A stretch of DNA of 63,719 bases, filler included, from Collodictyon triciliatum (GCA_043381765.1; 6 parts of 6 records of this genome joined end to end with filler, not necessarily neighbours in it), one strand, 5' to 3'. Counted from the first letter of the whole stretch, positions 11,745-25,929 are shown. Program-made: numbers and translations. The notes: generated by a model from the letters alone, not told the origin.

Positions 11745-14700
11745 TTTGTGATACTTAAATATGTGGCAGATTATCTTACAAGGGCTTCAAAATATTATCA
11801 TGTCTGTATCTACACTGTCAATCGTGTACGCACAACGCTCACTTTTGGAGGGTCTCTGCAAGTACTGTCGTACCTTTCAGTTCTATCGTTTTATTTTTTT
11901 TTTTATATTTTTTTTAGGGTGGTTGGATGGGCGATTCTCTAATTTTTCTTTACATGGGAAATTCAAACAGGCTTGCGATACCTATGTCGGACCCGGTAGC
12001 AGAGAAGAGCAACACATCATCGTTGAAAAATGCACTAGTTATCCAAGTATGTTCGACAACTTTCCTGAAATATCACAGACATGCCATAATGAGAGATGAA
12101 TCCTGTCCTCTGATGCATATTTAACCTTAAAATTATCTTCTGTTAAGCGCCTTTTCAATATCGCACATAAACTGGGAAACAATCTCGGCACAAACTGGGT
12201 TATTCTTTTTCGGACGTTTGAGCACCTTGAGCGGAACTTTTCCTCCAGAATGCCTATGGTACGAAAGTTAAGACAAAAGTAGAGAGAAAAAAGTGATTGG
12301 AAGAATTTTATAACAATCATACGTATAATAAAGAGATAACCGACGTACCAACCAAAATTATATCAGGCAACACAACTGGACGTCAGTTTTGATTCCTTGA
12401 GAGGCACGACAGACGGGTCACTTCTAGCAACGAGTAATCAGCTATTTTTTATCTTTTTTTTTTAATTCTATAAAATACTCTATAAAACATCTTCATTTGC
12501 ATACCAGATAAAAATAATTGCCAGGAATTTTAGGTCACCATCGAATTTATATCTTGTAAGAAAATAAACTTATATTACTATCTCTGTGTATTTTGATAGA
12601 CCTATCTGATTTGCTTAAAAGCACAAAATACATATCGGATGGGTCACTCCTACATTGCCTCGAGTCACTTCGTATGGTGAGTGCATAAAACTGAAAGTTG
12701 ATTCACTTTTCCCTGCAATTTAATGCGCCAATAGCTCAAGTTCATTTTTTAAATGCTTCACGATTACCATTCCCATTCTCAAGAGTTGAAATTATGTGCC
12801 AAGGTATCAGAAAAGCCGACGTCAATCGACAGCGGGGAGTCTTTATCATCTCTATCCCTTGGAAATCAAGTTTATTTTTCTTTCCCTTTTCCTTTCTCCT
12901 CTTTTTCCTTCCTTTACTATTTTTCCTTTGTTTCCTTTTCTCACCTCATTTTTATGCTACCTTATATTTGTAATAATTCTCCGAAATTAAAAAAAAGGAA
13001 TCCGCATATTTCATATGTCTCTTGTATAGCCTTTTCGGAAATTTGGAATGTCAAAGATGGTAGAGGCCGCGCTGAACAATGTCTATCGAATGGAGAAAAT
13101 ATGGCCAACTGTCATCAGCTTCATATCTGAAAAGGCAGTTGATTCGGTAACTTTTTTCAATAATTTCAGTTCAAATAGGAATTAAATCTTTGCGATGCAT
13201 GTTTCTTAAACACGTCATGATATATATCAACGTTTTGCAAACCCACAGAATGCAAATGTTCGTGACTCGGCCGTTTCCTATCTCATTCAGTTGATTAGTG
13301 GTATACTTGCATACAACCCTGATGTTCAAAAGGTACGGCTTCTTACCTACTGACGATAAACGAATGTTAAAATTCATTTTTACTCATTTTTAATACTAAA
13401 AAGGAGGGAAAATAGCATAAAATGAAACAATATGGCTCTAGAGCCGATAATTCGATAACTCTACTTTTCTTAGTCTTCACCAGGAGATTCAACACCGCCA
13501 ACAAAGAGCTTACCGCTCCATGAACCAGAAACTCCATTTGATCCAATAGCATTTCAGGACCAGCTTCTTTTTTATATGAACTTCATCGTAAAGTATAACA
13601 ACCACGAGACAACAGACAAGATTCTGCAATTTTTGCACCAGATATTGCAATCATATGGGCAGGTAAATAGCTCGGTGATTCTCTGCAAAATCAGAATTTC
13701 GAAATATTCAATTTTTTTCAATTCAGTTTTTTTTTATTCATCCGAAACATTCGAAAATCTGTCTTGTACCTGCGATTCTAATTGAATATTCTGGTTCGTT
13801 GACTTTATTGACCAATTAATAATAAATTCGATTTGATTTTGGCTATACGCTGCATAGATGCTGACAACTGGTTGGCCAGAGGTAATTTCCATAGTTGTTG
13901 GAGGAAGTAAAGACACACCCACAACAAGTCGAGCATTCAAGATTGCACAATACATTTGCACTGATTTTTTGTCCTCGCTTCCAAAAAGTAATTTTTTTCT
14001 TTAAGGGAGTTAATATGTATGATTCATTATCAATTTAGTAAGTGATGTGTCAAATATATAAATATATGTATACATGTGAATTATCTATTGTACCGCAGAT
14101 TGCATAGAGCCGTTTGTCAATATGTCTGTCAGCTTCATTCAGCAACCCAATGACATTAATATAAGGTACTCATGATGGCCTGATATGGTGCATTATGATT
14201 TTTTAGAATAGAATTTGTAAGATGTACAAAGGTGCAATCTTTATCTCAAATTCCATTTCTTTAAGTCTGTCTGCAATTGGTCTGCTTTGGAACATATCGG
14301 ACTTCCTGCTGAAAATCTATTCATATATCAATTCTTCGTTTGTCTTCATTACCACACTCCTTTTTCATAGATACTGTAGTTATTTTTACTCGATAAATTA
14401 TATCTTCCTTTTTAAAGGAAAATATGAAAGTATTTTAACAGCATAAAACTCTTGTAATCAGAGACTCCAAAAAATTTATTGAAGAAGGATTAGAAAAGTT
14501 TACGAACGATGATTTGAGCAGTTTTGTAAGAGCTTTTCACATCGCCTCTATTTACTTAGTATTTTTACATGCTTATCATACTGACTTTTTATTTTCATAC
14601 ATACATTCTATGTGTGTTGAATTTATTTGAAAAAAATGTAAATAAATCCAAAACAATAATAAGCATAAAAATTGATGCAAGTCAAATTAAAAATCTATTC

Positions 14701-17700
14701 CAGTGGGTCGTTGTCTTCAGTGCCCTTTCAAATGCAGCCACAGACTTTCGTCCAGAAGTTCGGAACAGTGCACTTCGAACCCTTTTCACAAGTTTGGCAA
14801 CAGATGGAAACGCCTTTTCTCAAAAAATATGGGAAGACATTGTTTGGAAGGTCACCACCATTCTTCTTCAAATTCTGTCTGATTGAAGTGATATTCGAAT
14901 TGAAAAATAAAGAAATATAAATAAATAAATGGTTGATTTCCCTTCACATTCATTCTCTCCTTTATCTCATTTGAGGTTTGGGTTCGCATAATCTGTAGGT
15001 TCTGTTTCCTGCCCTAGAAAAAATAGAGGAAGAATCACAAAAATCAGCAGCTTCAAAATCACCTGAGATGGGCAGAGACACATCAAAGGGAGTTTTCATG
15101 TAATGGTTTTGGTTCTATTGTTCTCGATTCTCTGTTTTAAACTAGACAGTCAGAGACTAATGGCTGATACCTATTTATGCAGAATGGTTCATCACAGTAG
15201 AAATACTGCTGAGAAGCAGTGGGATGAGACGAAGGTTTGATTTAGAAATAGCTATTCGTAAAAACTTATAGAGGGTGCACAAATCCGTCGTTTGGTTATT
15301 TTTGCCGAGTAAAGTTAAAGCAAAATTTTATATCATTTCCAACCCCATAGTCTCTATGTAGTTGTACAATGAACTGTATAGATGACCGTGATTGCGTCCC
15401 TTAATTTTATCTTTTTTTTCCCATCTATATATTTTTCTTCTATGATTTTCGTCGTTTATATATATATTTTGTTCTTTTTTTTAAAAAAAAAAGGTTGCAG
15501 CTATTACGGGTGTTTCCCGGGTCATCAAAGTATATCTCCCTCAACTACTTGGAATCAACCGTTTCAACGAAGTCTGGTCAAAGTTAATGAGTCTTATATC
15601 TGCAGCCTCAAAAAGCTCGAGCAAGGAGATTGCACTTGTGTGTGATGACATATTTCTCCTTTTCTTTTCTTTTCTTTTTTTTTTTTAAAAAAAAAAAACG
15701 TTCTTTATTTACCAATACATCAATACACCATTTAATTGATGAAATAGTTCCCATATTTTCGATACATGAAGCACTAGAACTCTGCACTTTTTGTTTTTTC
15801 TTCTTCTTATTTTTCGAACATCCTTCAAACATTCATGAATATCGTTACAAAGTTACTATATCGCATATAACACCCATGAAATAATTCTCAGATAAGCATA
15901 CCGTCTTGGTCGGATGTGATGAACTCGTTGGTTACGAAATCTTTCCATCGGACTTATTGGGACGAAGGCTGGCAAATCATACACAGCCTTTTTGAAGTGC
16001 AGTCGCAGGTCACCCCTTTTTTTTTGTACAATCTTCCACCGTGAATTCAATACACGAGCTGACATGATTGAGAAAACCACCACGTTTCATTCAAGAGACC
16101 CTGGTGTCACACCTTCGTCCCACCGAATTCATCTTTATAAAATAACAATTTCTCTTTTCCCTACCTTTTATATATTAAAAGTAATAATACTGGTAAAGTA
16201 ATAAAATAACCCTCTCCATTTACAGGACAATCCAGCTATTAGGAATGATATTTTCATCAATGTTGCAGAAGGATTTGAGTCCCTTCTTTCCCAAGGGCGC
16301 ATCTACTTTACAGACACTGACTTGCGAAGGTGGAATCAACTTTATCATCTCCAGCTTATAATGACCCACGGGAAAAAGAATATCACTCCCTATTCAACCA
16401 TATTCCATAATCTTTTTGACAGAGTGATTGCTCTCTTGGACCAAATTGTCTCTGAGGCCATTCTTTCTTGTTCTAACGTCGTCTTGAAAGTAAACTCTCT
16501 GCAAGCCGCTATTCTTGCTGTTTACAGCAAACTGGTATCCCTGTTTTGCACCATTTGACTAACTAAAAGAAATAATAGTTCTATAGAACAACGATTTATC
16601 ATACAAGTTAGAAAGAAAGGAAAGCAGCAGATTCTGCCTGTTGATGACATAATTACGCCATGCATCTATGATTTTGACAGCATTCGAAGCTAACATATTC
16701 CAATTCAACATCCTCTTATACAGACACCTGCCCCAAACTCCATTCTTCTGCTTGCGTTTGAGCGACTTCTGGACTACTTACTTCATGACATTGACTCCAA
16801 AACACCTAATGGACAAACAACATGTCTATATCTACGATATCGCCAATTTTTTTTTGTCTGATAAATCATGCATTTGAAGTTATGTAAAGCTGACTAACAC
16901 ACATGCATGCGCAAACTACAGCGATGCCGATTGCAAGGTCACCTGTTTTGGCTCCGTTTCCAGAGAAAGTGATTGGTATGTACGCAATAGGAAGAGATAA
17001 ACCATTCTTTTATCTATCATTCCCTTCGAATGGTCAAGGCACCAAATTTTTGCTCAAAGAAAATATAAACATATTTGTGTGTATATATATATTCCAAAAC
17101 ATGTTCGTTATGCAATGCATTTGTTGAATTATAAATTCTCTCAATTCCTTAAATACGTTTTTTTTTTTTTCCTCAATTTTCATCTCGCCTCCCCAAGCAA
17201 CCATATCCGATTTATATCTCCAATCACCCCTTGACGTCAAGAACAAAGTATTGGACGATGTTCTCTTGGTATGTCGCAGCAAGCAAAGCATATATAAACA
17301 AATGTTTGGAAAATATGCATGTAATACTTAACCGAAATGATAGGGGATGGCAAAAATTGCTGCCAATAAGAACCATCCAATATTGCCGCCCACAATTTGG
17401 ATACAAGCAGTTCGAACGTTCATCAAAATAGCCCATGCTGGATTCGAGGCGCTTCAAGGTACTTTATTGTATTTTTTTTTTTAAAAAAAAAACAAGACGT
17501 TTTATATGATTATTTTACTTTATTAAGGTTTCATTAACTCAATTGATTATTGGCTTATTTATGTGTGTATTTTTATTTTACGCCTTTTAATATTTTTGGA
17601 TCACACTTGATTCAATCTATCCTACCAAAAAAATGTTAACTTTAACTTCTTTTTCGGTTTCATTCCTGAATTTTTTTTTTTTTTTGCAAGACATCGCTCA

Positions 17701-19163
17701 CCAAAGGTCGTCGGAGTGCTGGACTAAGATAGTCGTCAACCTGAAAATGTTTCTGTTCATTGAAAAGTACGTTTTTTCATCGATGATTACATTTTATGAA
17801 TGAGAGAGAATGTTTCTTTGTCTATACAAAAGTCATATCTGCATACCGTAGCGAAAAGCCAATCGACCAAGTTGCCGAGTCCAGAAATATTGAGATTGAC
17901 CTTATCGAGTGCGTCGGGAAGTCTATTCTTTTAGAGGTTTCTTTTATCTTCGTTCTTTGAATGACATTAGGCATCCATCTAGAAAGGCATTCGTTATTAT
18001 AAACATGTGAGGTATTAATGTCGATATGTTTCTCTCTCTCATTCTTCCTCTTTCCACACTCATAGGCATCACACTTGTCCCAAGAGACACAGTTTGAGTT
18101 GATCCAGTTGGTATCATCAGGCTGCTCGCTTAAGGTCAACCACAAGATAGAAATAAATAATCAAAAAAGCAAAAAGCAAAAAGCAACATCAACGTGAACA
18201 CCTTTTTATTTATCGTTTATTTATTTCTCTTTTTTATCCTGACAGAAGCTACTTTAGAGCAAAAATTTGGTGAATTCGAACTATTATCATCACAGTGATG
18301 GTAATTTTTTTAACCTTTTTGTTTCGTTTTCTGTTCGTTACTTTAGGCTGATGATATCGTCATTTCTTCACAAAGCGGTACAAAGAAGGATTATATCATA
18401 GCTTGCTTTACAAACATGTTTGATATTTGTAATCGTGTCGGCCAAAGGCAAGGTTAATACGTCAATATTACATGGATGGATTTTCCTATGATTGATTTGA
18501 TGCTGTGTAAAGTTAGTGTATTCCCAAATACCCGTCATAAAAGAGAGAATTGAGATTGCCTTTCAAACTAAACCCCGTTTTTAATTTGTAGACTGGTATT
18601 GTCTCAATTTATTTATTTTTATTTTTCTAAAAAAAACTCTTACACAACCAGAAAAGCATTTGCTTCAATCAGATATATCAGTAGGCCGTATTTCAATCAA
18701 GATTCTGCTGGAAAAGTGCCATCAAGTGTTGTCCTATATGTCCTCCGAGTCTGTGAAATCTGATGCATCGTTGATTGCGTATGACCATCCCACCCAATAA
18801 TTTTTCCGTCAGTTTGATTTTAAACTGAGACGACAGATAACACTCACCAATGCAAATGGAAGGCAGTACAAATGACTTGCCTGTCACGCAGAAAGAGTTA
18901 TACGGATTATCATCTCCGTGTATTTATGTGTCTTCTCTTGGAATTAATAATTTACTGTCAAATTTGCAAACATGAAAGGTATCACAAGGACGAAATTCTA
19001 CGAGTCCTGAAGGGACTGCAACAGCTGAATGTCCATCAAGAAGTGTTTGATATCCGCGAGTTTCTTTCTGCAAACCGTCGAGCAATCCCACTTGATTCGG
19101 TTTGCACAAATCCCCGCCGCCATCTGATGTATCTGTACCCTTACATCGTCGAGTGCATTTTAA
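8012..19163 (+). CDS. MON2: MON2 (Sec7/Arf-GEF-related, Dopey partner), many exons, 3' end cut by contig end
   Basis: MSLSKSLQNDLRAISTEARRKNPQIKE start; FGLELI; LSAIGLLWNISD; DFRPEVRNSALRTLF; MVHHSRNTAEKQWDETKV; HLMYLYPYIVECI. GT-AG introns in the junctions checked. Confidence 0.95.
10851..10986. repeat. (AAAAC)n microsatellite in a MON2 intron
   Basis: Tandem repeat read directly. Confidence 0.97.
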
Positions 19164-19240
19164 GTAAGCAAAAAAAAAAAAAAAAAAAAAAAATCTTTTT
19201 TTTCTTGAGAAAGTGTTTTTTAAATTTTTATAAAAAAAAA

Positions 19241-19340
19241 NNNNNNNNNNNNNNNNNNNNNNNNNNNNNNNNNNNNNNNNNNNNTTAATTAATTAANNNN
19301 NNNNNNNNNNNNNNNNNNNNNNNNNNNNNNNNNNNNNNNN
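19241..19340. other. Artificial contig spacer (N-run, TTAATTAATTAA, N-run)
   Basis: The same 100-nt all-frame stop linker recurs at 41873, 53738, 60768 and 62345. Confidence 0.97.
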
Positions 19341-20211
19341 TGGGTACTCTCGTTGCTGTTGAGGGTGCGCTCCCGCTTTGTTCCAGTCTGCTCCGGCGTG
19401 TGGGCGGCCGTGGAGGTGGGTCTTTGGAACACAGACGCAGATGCAGATGCAATCATCTGGTGGGAGGACATCTGCTGGGCGACTTTTTCGGCGATAGCGG
19501 CTTGGCGTGTTACTCTGCGGGTAGCAGACACGCCAGCCTTTATCGCGGAGGTGGCTGCCTCTGTTGGCTTTGTCTGTTTGAGGGTGCTGCGAAGTGTTGT
19601 CTGTTTGCAGACATCGGAGTTGCCGCTCGCCTTCGCTTGGGTGGCGGTGGGCTTTGTTTTTGTCCGCTGTGGGGCGGCGTTGGGTGCGGCTTTGCCTGTG
19701 AGGGTGCCTGCCGATTTGGAGGGCACGTTTGGGTCTTTGTCCGCAGTGGAAGGGGAGCCTCTTGTGGAGTCTTTAAAGTTGGCGGGGTTTTGCCTGGGTT
19801 GGTGTGTGTGCTGACTCTGGAATTGACGCGAGCTGTGATGTGGCTTTGCCTTTGTTGTGGGGTAAAGCGCTCGGCCGTCTCCCTGCGGGGTTACGCAAGG
19901 CCCAGTCTGCTCGACAGGTCGGATGCCAGCAGCACAACGCCCTCCGTGGCGCACTCGCGGGTGCGGTGGACTTCGCACAGCTGCCCCAGCAAACGCAGGC
20001 GTGTGGCGTGCGTCAGTGTCTCAGTGTATTCGCCCACAAGGCGCACCACACAGCCGGCCGGGTAGAGTCCCTTCTCCTGCAGCCCCGCTGCTCGCTCCAC
20101 CGGTCGCGTCCGGCAATGCTCGTAGACCACATTCTCGTCGTCAAAGTGAGGCACCTCGCTCTTGTGCGTTTCGCTTGCGCTCACCGCACCTGAGCTCGGC
20201 TTGGTTGCCAT
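19341..20211 (-). mobile_element. Probable degenerate ORF1 of a non-LTR retrotransposon
   Basis: GC-rich and intronless. Reads GLYPAGCVVRLVGEYTETLTHATRLRLLGQLCEVHRTREC, then a stop/frame change into an A/T/K/S/P-rich tail. The tail resembles the ORF1 tail preceding the LINE endonuclease at 42300-42540. Sits at a contig end. Confidence 0.4.
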
Positions 20212-21140
20212 ACGTGTGGTTTTTGTGCAAAACCAAAAGGGCTTTGTGTGCGATCGTTACGGACAATTTACGCGAATGAAACAGCGGGCTCCTTTTTTCC
20301 GGGGATAGGTTCTACTTTACTGGTCATATTATCACACGATTATCAGGAAAAAAGCGATGCTTGTTCTGATTGAATAAAAAAAATCTTGTCACTATTCCAA
20401 GCTAAAAAAAAACAAAATAGAACAGAAGAGAAGAAAAGCGAAGAAAAGCGAAGAAAAGCGAAGAAAAGCGAAGAAAAGAGAAGAAAAAAATTGCATCGAG
20501 CAGGTGAATGTCGAAGAATTAATCGAGACTAATCGCACAGGGAGCCAAAAACCAAACACAAACACACACCAAACACACACCAAACACACACAAAACAACA
20601 AAACACTTCGCCAAACAATCAAACAACTGCAGATTCAACAGACAATGATACAGTCAGTCAAGGATATGGACAGCCTTCAAGTCGATGAATATAATATAAG
20701 ACAGAATAAAGGCACACAAAGCGAGTGCATGTATCGTTACAGCCCTCGTCATACACGAAAAGAAAAGATTGTGTTCATGAAGCTGACATTGTGACTTATA
20801 AGAAGCGAATAAAAAACTAAGTAATCAAATGAAATCATACAGCCTCAGTAGTACGATGATAACCAACACATAATCATTCCTTTCGCCTGTGATACATACT
20901 CAAGGTCGATTATCAAACAAACAGGAGATGTGTCACCTTTTTCGGCAAGTGCTGGTGAGGTTGGGTTGATTATTTTATTTATTCTTTTCATCCAGCCTCT
21001 GCAAACAAGCTAGCAATCGTCTGTATTCATTCGGTTTGGCGGTCATCGTGATAGTACTCACATGCACTTGTTTCTGTGGAAAGGCTGGTGTATGTGTGGA
21101 TGAATGGATTGTTTAGAAGGGTTGGTAACTGACGAGCCCC

Positions 21141-24100
21141 TTATTGGGTCAGCTTCTTCTGTGCGCTCATCATTTGCTTTTCTGAAAGCTTTGTATGAGG
21201 ATGGTCTGCGCCATAGACAGCGTTGAAAATTGTGTTGGCTTTTTGGGACATGTCCAGAGCCTCTTGGTATTTCTTCTGGTTAATGAATAGGCTACCAATA
21301 TTCCCATATGACATCGCAACACTAGGGTGTGTCTCTCTATATACATTCAGTGTAATGCCAAGGTCTTTGTGATAGTATTCCAGGGCTTTATCATGTCCAT
21401 TAAATAATAAGTTGATGAAATTAATAAACATATACATGATCAAATAAATCATACTTTCCAAGATTCTTGTAAACTATTCCAATGCTATTATAGGAAGTGG
21501 CAACACCAGTATGTATTTCTCCAAACACTTTCAGTCGGATATCCAGTGATTTTTGATAGTATTCAAGAGCTTTGTCATGTCTATTAAATAATAAGTCAAT
21601 TAAATGATAAATGTAACATATAATCAAATAAAAAAATACTTTCCAAGTTCATCGTAAACGTGCCCAATATTTCCATATGATTCTGCAACATCAGGGTGTA
21701 TTTCTCCAAACACTTTCAGTTGAATTTCAATTGACATGTGGTAGTATTCTAGAGCTTTGTCATATCTATTAAATAATAATTTAATAACAAAAAAAATCAA
21801 TTAAAAATCTAATAAAATCATACTTTCCAAGTTGATAATAAACAATTCCCAGGAAATTCAGATTTTTGCTATTCGAACCTAAAAAAGATGAATCAAAGAA
21901 TTATTAACACAGTCAAAAAAATACACACAAATCACCAAACCCTCATCCGTCTCAACAGAAATGCGGTGCTCGAGAATCGGAATCAAAAAGGCATTCTCTT
22001 GAATTTCTTGAAAGTATTCAACCAACGCAGAGCCAGCATGATTCAGTTGCTGTTGTGCATAGTCATTAAAATTAATCCATGATTGATATATGTAATTGAG
22101 TTTTATCACCTTAGCCAACTCACAATACACAGCTTTGTCGTCATAACCGTTCTTATTCAGCTCTCTCCAGTATCCATAAAACTCGAAGCGATAGTTGCCA
22201 TGCAGCATGCTCACAACAACCTAAAGACTATATTACAACATATGTCACAGTAATAAAAATAAAATCCACAATTTAACCTTTTCAATCTTCATAAAATCCA
22301 CCAATTTATTGTATTCGCTCGAAATCCTCAGTTTGTGTCACATTTCGGCAACAACACTCTTGTCTTCAGTGTCAGAGCCATATTCACCCAGCAGCCACAA
22401 TCCATATTCACGTGCTTCCCTTGTTGTGTAAGCTTCACCCTTAAAGTATCGCTCTTTGATGGATTGTGCCAATAACTGGTGAGAGAACGCATATCTAAGA
22501 TAAAACATTGTGATTAACAATAACGATCATTAAAACTATTGAATAACCGTATCACCTCCCGTTCCTCACAAAGAGCGAGTCCAGCAATACAAAAAGAAAT
22601 GATTTCCTATTATAAAAAATACGATTTATCAAAAGTTTGCATATAAATCATATGACAGGAATCGATATACCAGGTTGTATGGTCGATTTGCATGTGAATT
22701 TGGTGAAGTCGATGCTTCATGTATTTGTCCAGCTCGTTTTCATGAAGACCGATGCGCGACACATAAAGGACACTGATGGACAGACGGACAATATCCTCTC
22801 CTAAAATTCCATATAATTCAATAAATCATATTAAAAGAACCACTTTAGATGCATCACAAAACCGTATTTCTTTTCCCAGCGGCTCATCACAAGGTCGAAC
22901 AAATTGACAACTCCCTTCGTCTTCAGCATTTCATGAATCTCAGCATCAACTCTTTCATACACTCCAAACGCACGGAGCTCATCCAACACGATACGCAGGT
23001 AGAGTGGATGACCTGCTCTCGTATTCATCATCATTAAAATATGTGTCCTAAAAATAAAATATAAAAATATTCGAATAATTAGCTACACTCACCAGTATCA
23101 CCACATTTACTCAGTATCACATCCATCTGTTTCTCGTTCAAGGTCTTGTTGTAGCGCTTGAAAAACGAGGTAGTTGCTTGTCTGATTCCGACATCATCAA
23201 GCTTCGGCACAGGAATGACATCTAGCCCTGCTGACTTGGCATCCTATTCAAAAGCGATTGGATTAATTCAATCATATTATATCCTCGAAAAAATTAACAA
23301 ACATTGCAGGATTCGTGGGTGTCGATGGTTGATGCGACGATGGAAGTGTTCTTTATTGTCTTTTTGGGAAGCCATTCAAGGCGGTGGACGTGCTTGTTTT
23401 GCTCTGAATTGACCAACTGGTTGAATGCATCGATGACCAAGACAACTTGCTTTTTTCTGTATTGATAGGCTCGTCAGATAGTATTTATTTTAATAAAAAA
23501 AGTGATTATTGAAATTGACTCGTTTCTTGAAGCAAGCTTGAGTATATGGTCTAGTCCCTTCTTCAAAGCTTCTTTCCCTGCAACAAGGCATAAAAACAAA
23601 TTAATGCCTATGTAACACGTAGAATTAATGCTTTCAAAAATAAATAAACCATTTATCGTTTTGACATATAAACCTTCTTCGGAGTCAAGTTTTAGATCGA
23701 TTGCTTCATTTTCAACAAGAATGCGAGCTACACGCTCCACCAAACTATTGCAAAAATGGTGATTGATATAATATGACCAATTTAAATATGTAAACTTACT
23801 ATATTTTTTTCCTTTATTCGAATTTAAACTTACTATATTATTCGATTATTCTTACTTATCTACGTAGTTACTCAGGTTTGAGCATCCGACAAAGTGGTAG
23901 ATGACTAGTAAATTCGACTTTTTGCCCGCGTTCAGGTCACGAACCAGCCCGCTCATAATCGTCGATTTGCCAATACCAGACTCTGCACCAACGACGGTAA
24001 TGTCAGAACCTTCAATATCGAGTTGCAGCATCGCTCTGTCTTTCAAAATGGCCAAGATGGTGTCTCTTCCTTCCAATCCAATCAGTCGATGTCGCATAAA

Positions 24101-25354
24101 CTGCTTATGCGCCATGTCCTCAGGATGCTTATGCTACAAGGTTTTGATATTATAATTAAAGAGCCAAAAATTCTTTCTTAAATGGTTATAATTACGAGTA
24201 AATTTAAAAAATGTATTGAAACCTTACCCCTTGGTCGGGAAAATCCTCGTTGATTGCTTCCATCAAATCATCAACCATCATCGGGACAAGCTGCTGGGGT
24301 GTCTTGTATGGCTTGACTTCAAACACATTTCCAATCTTTTCTTTCAATCCATCCTGGTTTTCTCTCTGAAATAAAGGGTAATATGTGTTTTTGAATTATT
24401 GAGGTATTATAAAGGGAAATGGTCCGAACTCCTTTCTGCTTACGTCATTTTCATCGATTGGGCGATATAATGCACGCTCTGCATTGGTTTCAGCAACATG
24501 GTTGACTGCATGTTCTTCATCTCGGGAATAGAAGAGTGCACGTCGGGCAACAGGATTTTCTTACAGAGCACCGTGAACAAACTATTTGATATAATTGATG
24601 TTAGATAAGAGCAGTAAAAAATACAAATGTTTGACAACAAGCGAATATACTGTATAAATAAACCTCGTAGTCAGTCACACTGAGACCCCTAACTCTTTGA
24701 GGTATGGAAACGTCAAATCCGTGTCTGGATGCCATTCAGATGGGTTTTCATGTTTTGGTGACCAGCCATAACGTGAGCCGAGCGTGCATAGAAAGTATGG
24801 ACATTCCTCGATAGACTCAAGGCAGCTGATAACGACCTATATAATCGTGATAATTTAAAACTGATAAATAATAAATGAAAAATAGAAAAATCAAGAAAGA
24901 ACTTGAATAATTCCCACCAATCCATTTTCAGATCTCTCACTGGTTAGCCCCCAGCGCAAGTCAATGAAAACAAGGATGACACCCTCCTTTTTGGCAAAGT
25001 CTTTGAGTCTGCAACAATTTTTTGATTTATAAATAAATCCAACATACAAACATGTAATCATGAATTTTTTAATTGAATAAAACGATGTTACTTTTTTTCG
25101 GCATTTGCAAAGAACTCGTCTCTTTCTCTTTGCATGTCTCGAAACGTGGAGGACATGAAGATTCTCAATACTCTGGTATCATAGACAACAGTCCATCTCC
25201 CTTCGCCATCATAATAAACTGCGCCTGGAATTAAGCCTCTGCAGATTTTCTCATCAGCTGGTGCAGGTTCTCGTATTGGTTCCATCTGTTTCTGGTCTCC
25301 AGATTCTTGCTGGTTGGCGGCGTCAGATTGTCTGCTTGGTGATGGCTCAGACAT
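21141..25354 (-). pseudogene. DUF4062-NACHT/STAND NTPase-TPR (NPHP3-like/NLR-like) gene with four lesions
   Basis: LRIFMSSTFRDMQRERD, FIDLRWG and LGSRYGW (DUF4062); Walker A GAESGIGKST; YHFVGCS; Walker B VVLVIDAFNQL; GHPLYLRIVLDELR; SRIGLHENEL; 42-aa TPRs DKALEYY..SL.I.LKVFGE.HP.VA.SY..IG. Lesions: frameshift near 24690, TAA 24563-24561, TGA 22340-22338, GG acceptor 21398-21397. Confidence 0.88.
21397..21823 (-). repeat. Tandem exon+intron cassettes of about 184-185 bp, each encoding one TPR
   Basis: Exons 21765-21640 and 21580-21455 are 126 nt each. Phase-2 introns 21823-21766, 21639-21581 and 21454-21397 are 58, 59 and 58 nt and share GTAT.. donors and TTATTATTTAATAG-type acceptors. Confidence 0.9.
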
Positions 25355-25929
25355 ATTCCTGTTGATTAAATGCGAATAATATATGGGATTAAGAATTGTC
25401 AAAGAATATACTATAATCGTATGCTATTCTCTCTGTTTGATCGCCTCGGATGATTCAATACGATTAATCGACTCGTCATATTTCCTATCACTTTTGATTT
25501 TCATGATAACTCCACTAAAAGGAGTATTATTGATAGAAATTCTCGGATAAATACATTTTTGTACAATAGTGAGGGTTAAAACTCCACCCTTGATTACAAT
25601 CTTATTTTTCAACTATATAATGATGAATCTTTAACAAAGCCCATATTTGAAAGTAAAAATAAAGGTAAAATAATGTGTGAATCATGAAAGATGAGGCCTT
25701 TCGAAACAAAGTATTTGCTTCTAGATTATGCATTATATTATTTTAAAAAAAATTATCTGAGAACAAAGAATTAGTTAGTTTAGACCATTTTGACCCATAA
25801 GCCAAATCGTGCTTGAATGTTCTTGATAAAAAAAATTATTCTTCTCATTTTATTAAACAATCATATATACAAAAAATGCATCTTAAATAATCCAGCAGCC
25901 GATGCGAGAGGCCTGTACATTCCTTTACT

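Noticed and set aside
19241-19340. Recurrent TTAATTAATTAA palindrome as a biological motif
   Set aside because: Always centred in N-runs of the same layout, so it is an artificial all-frame stop linker. Neighbourhoods across it carry no meaning.
22338-22340. Stop-codon reassignment (TGA=Trp or TAR=Gln) to explain in-frame stops
   Set aside because: Intact genes use TGG for Trp in the exons checked and end on TAA, TAG or TGA. In-frame stops occur only in regions that also look decayed or have frameshifts or splice lesions.
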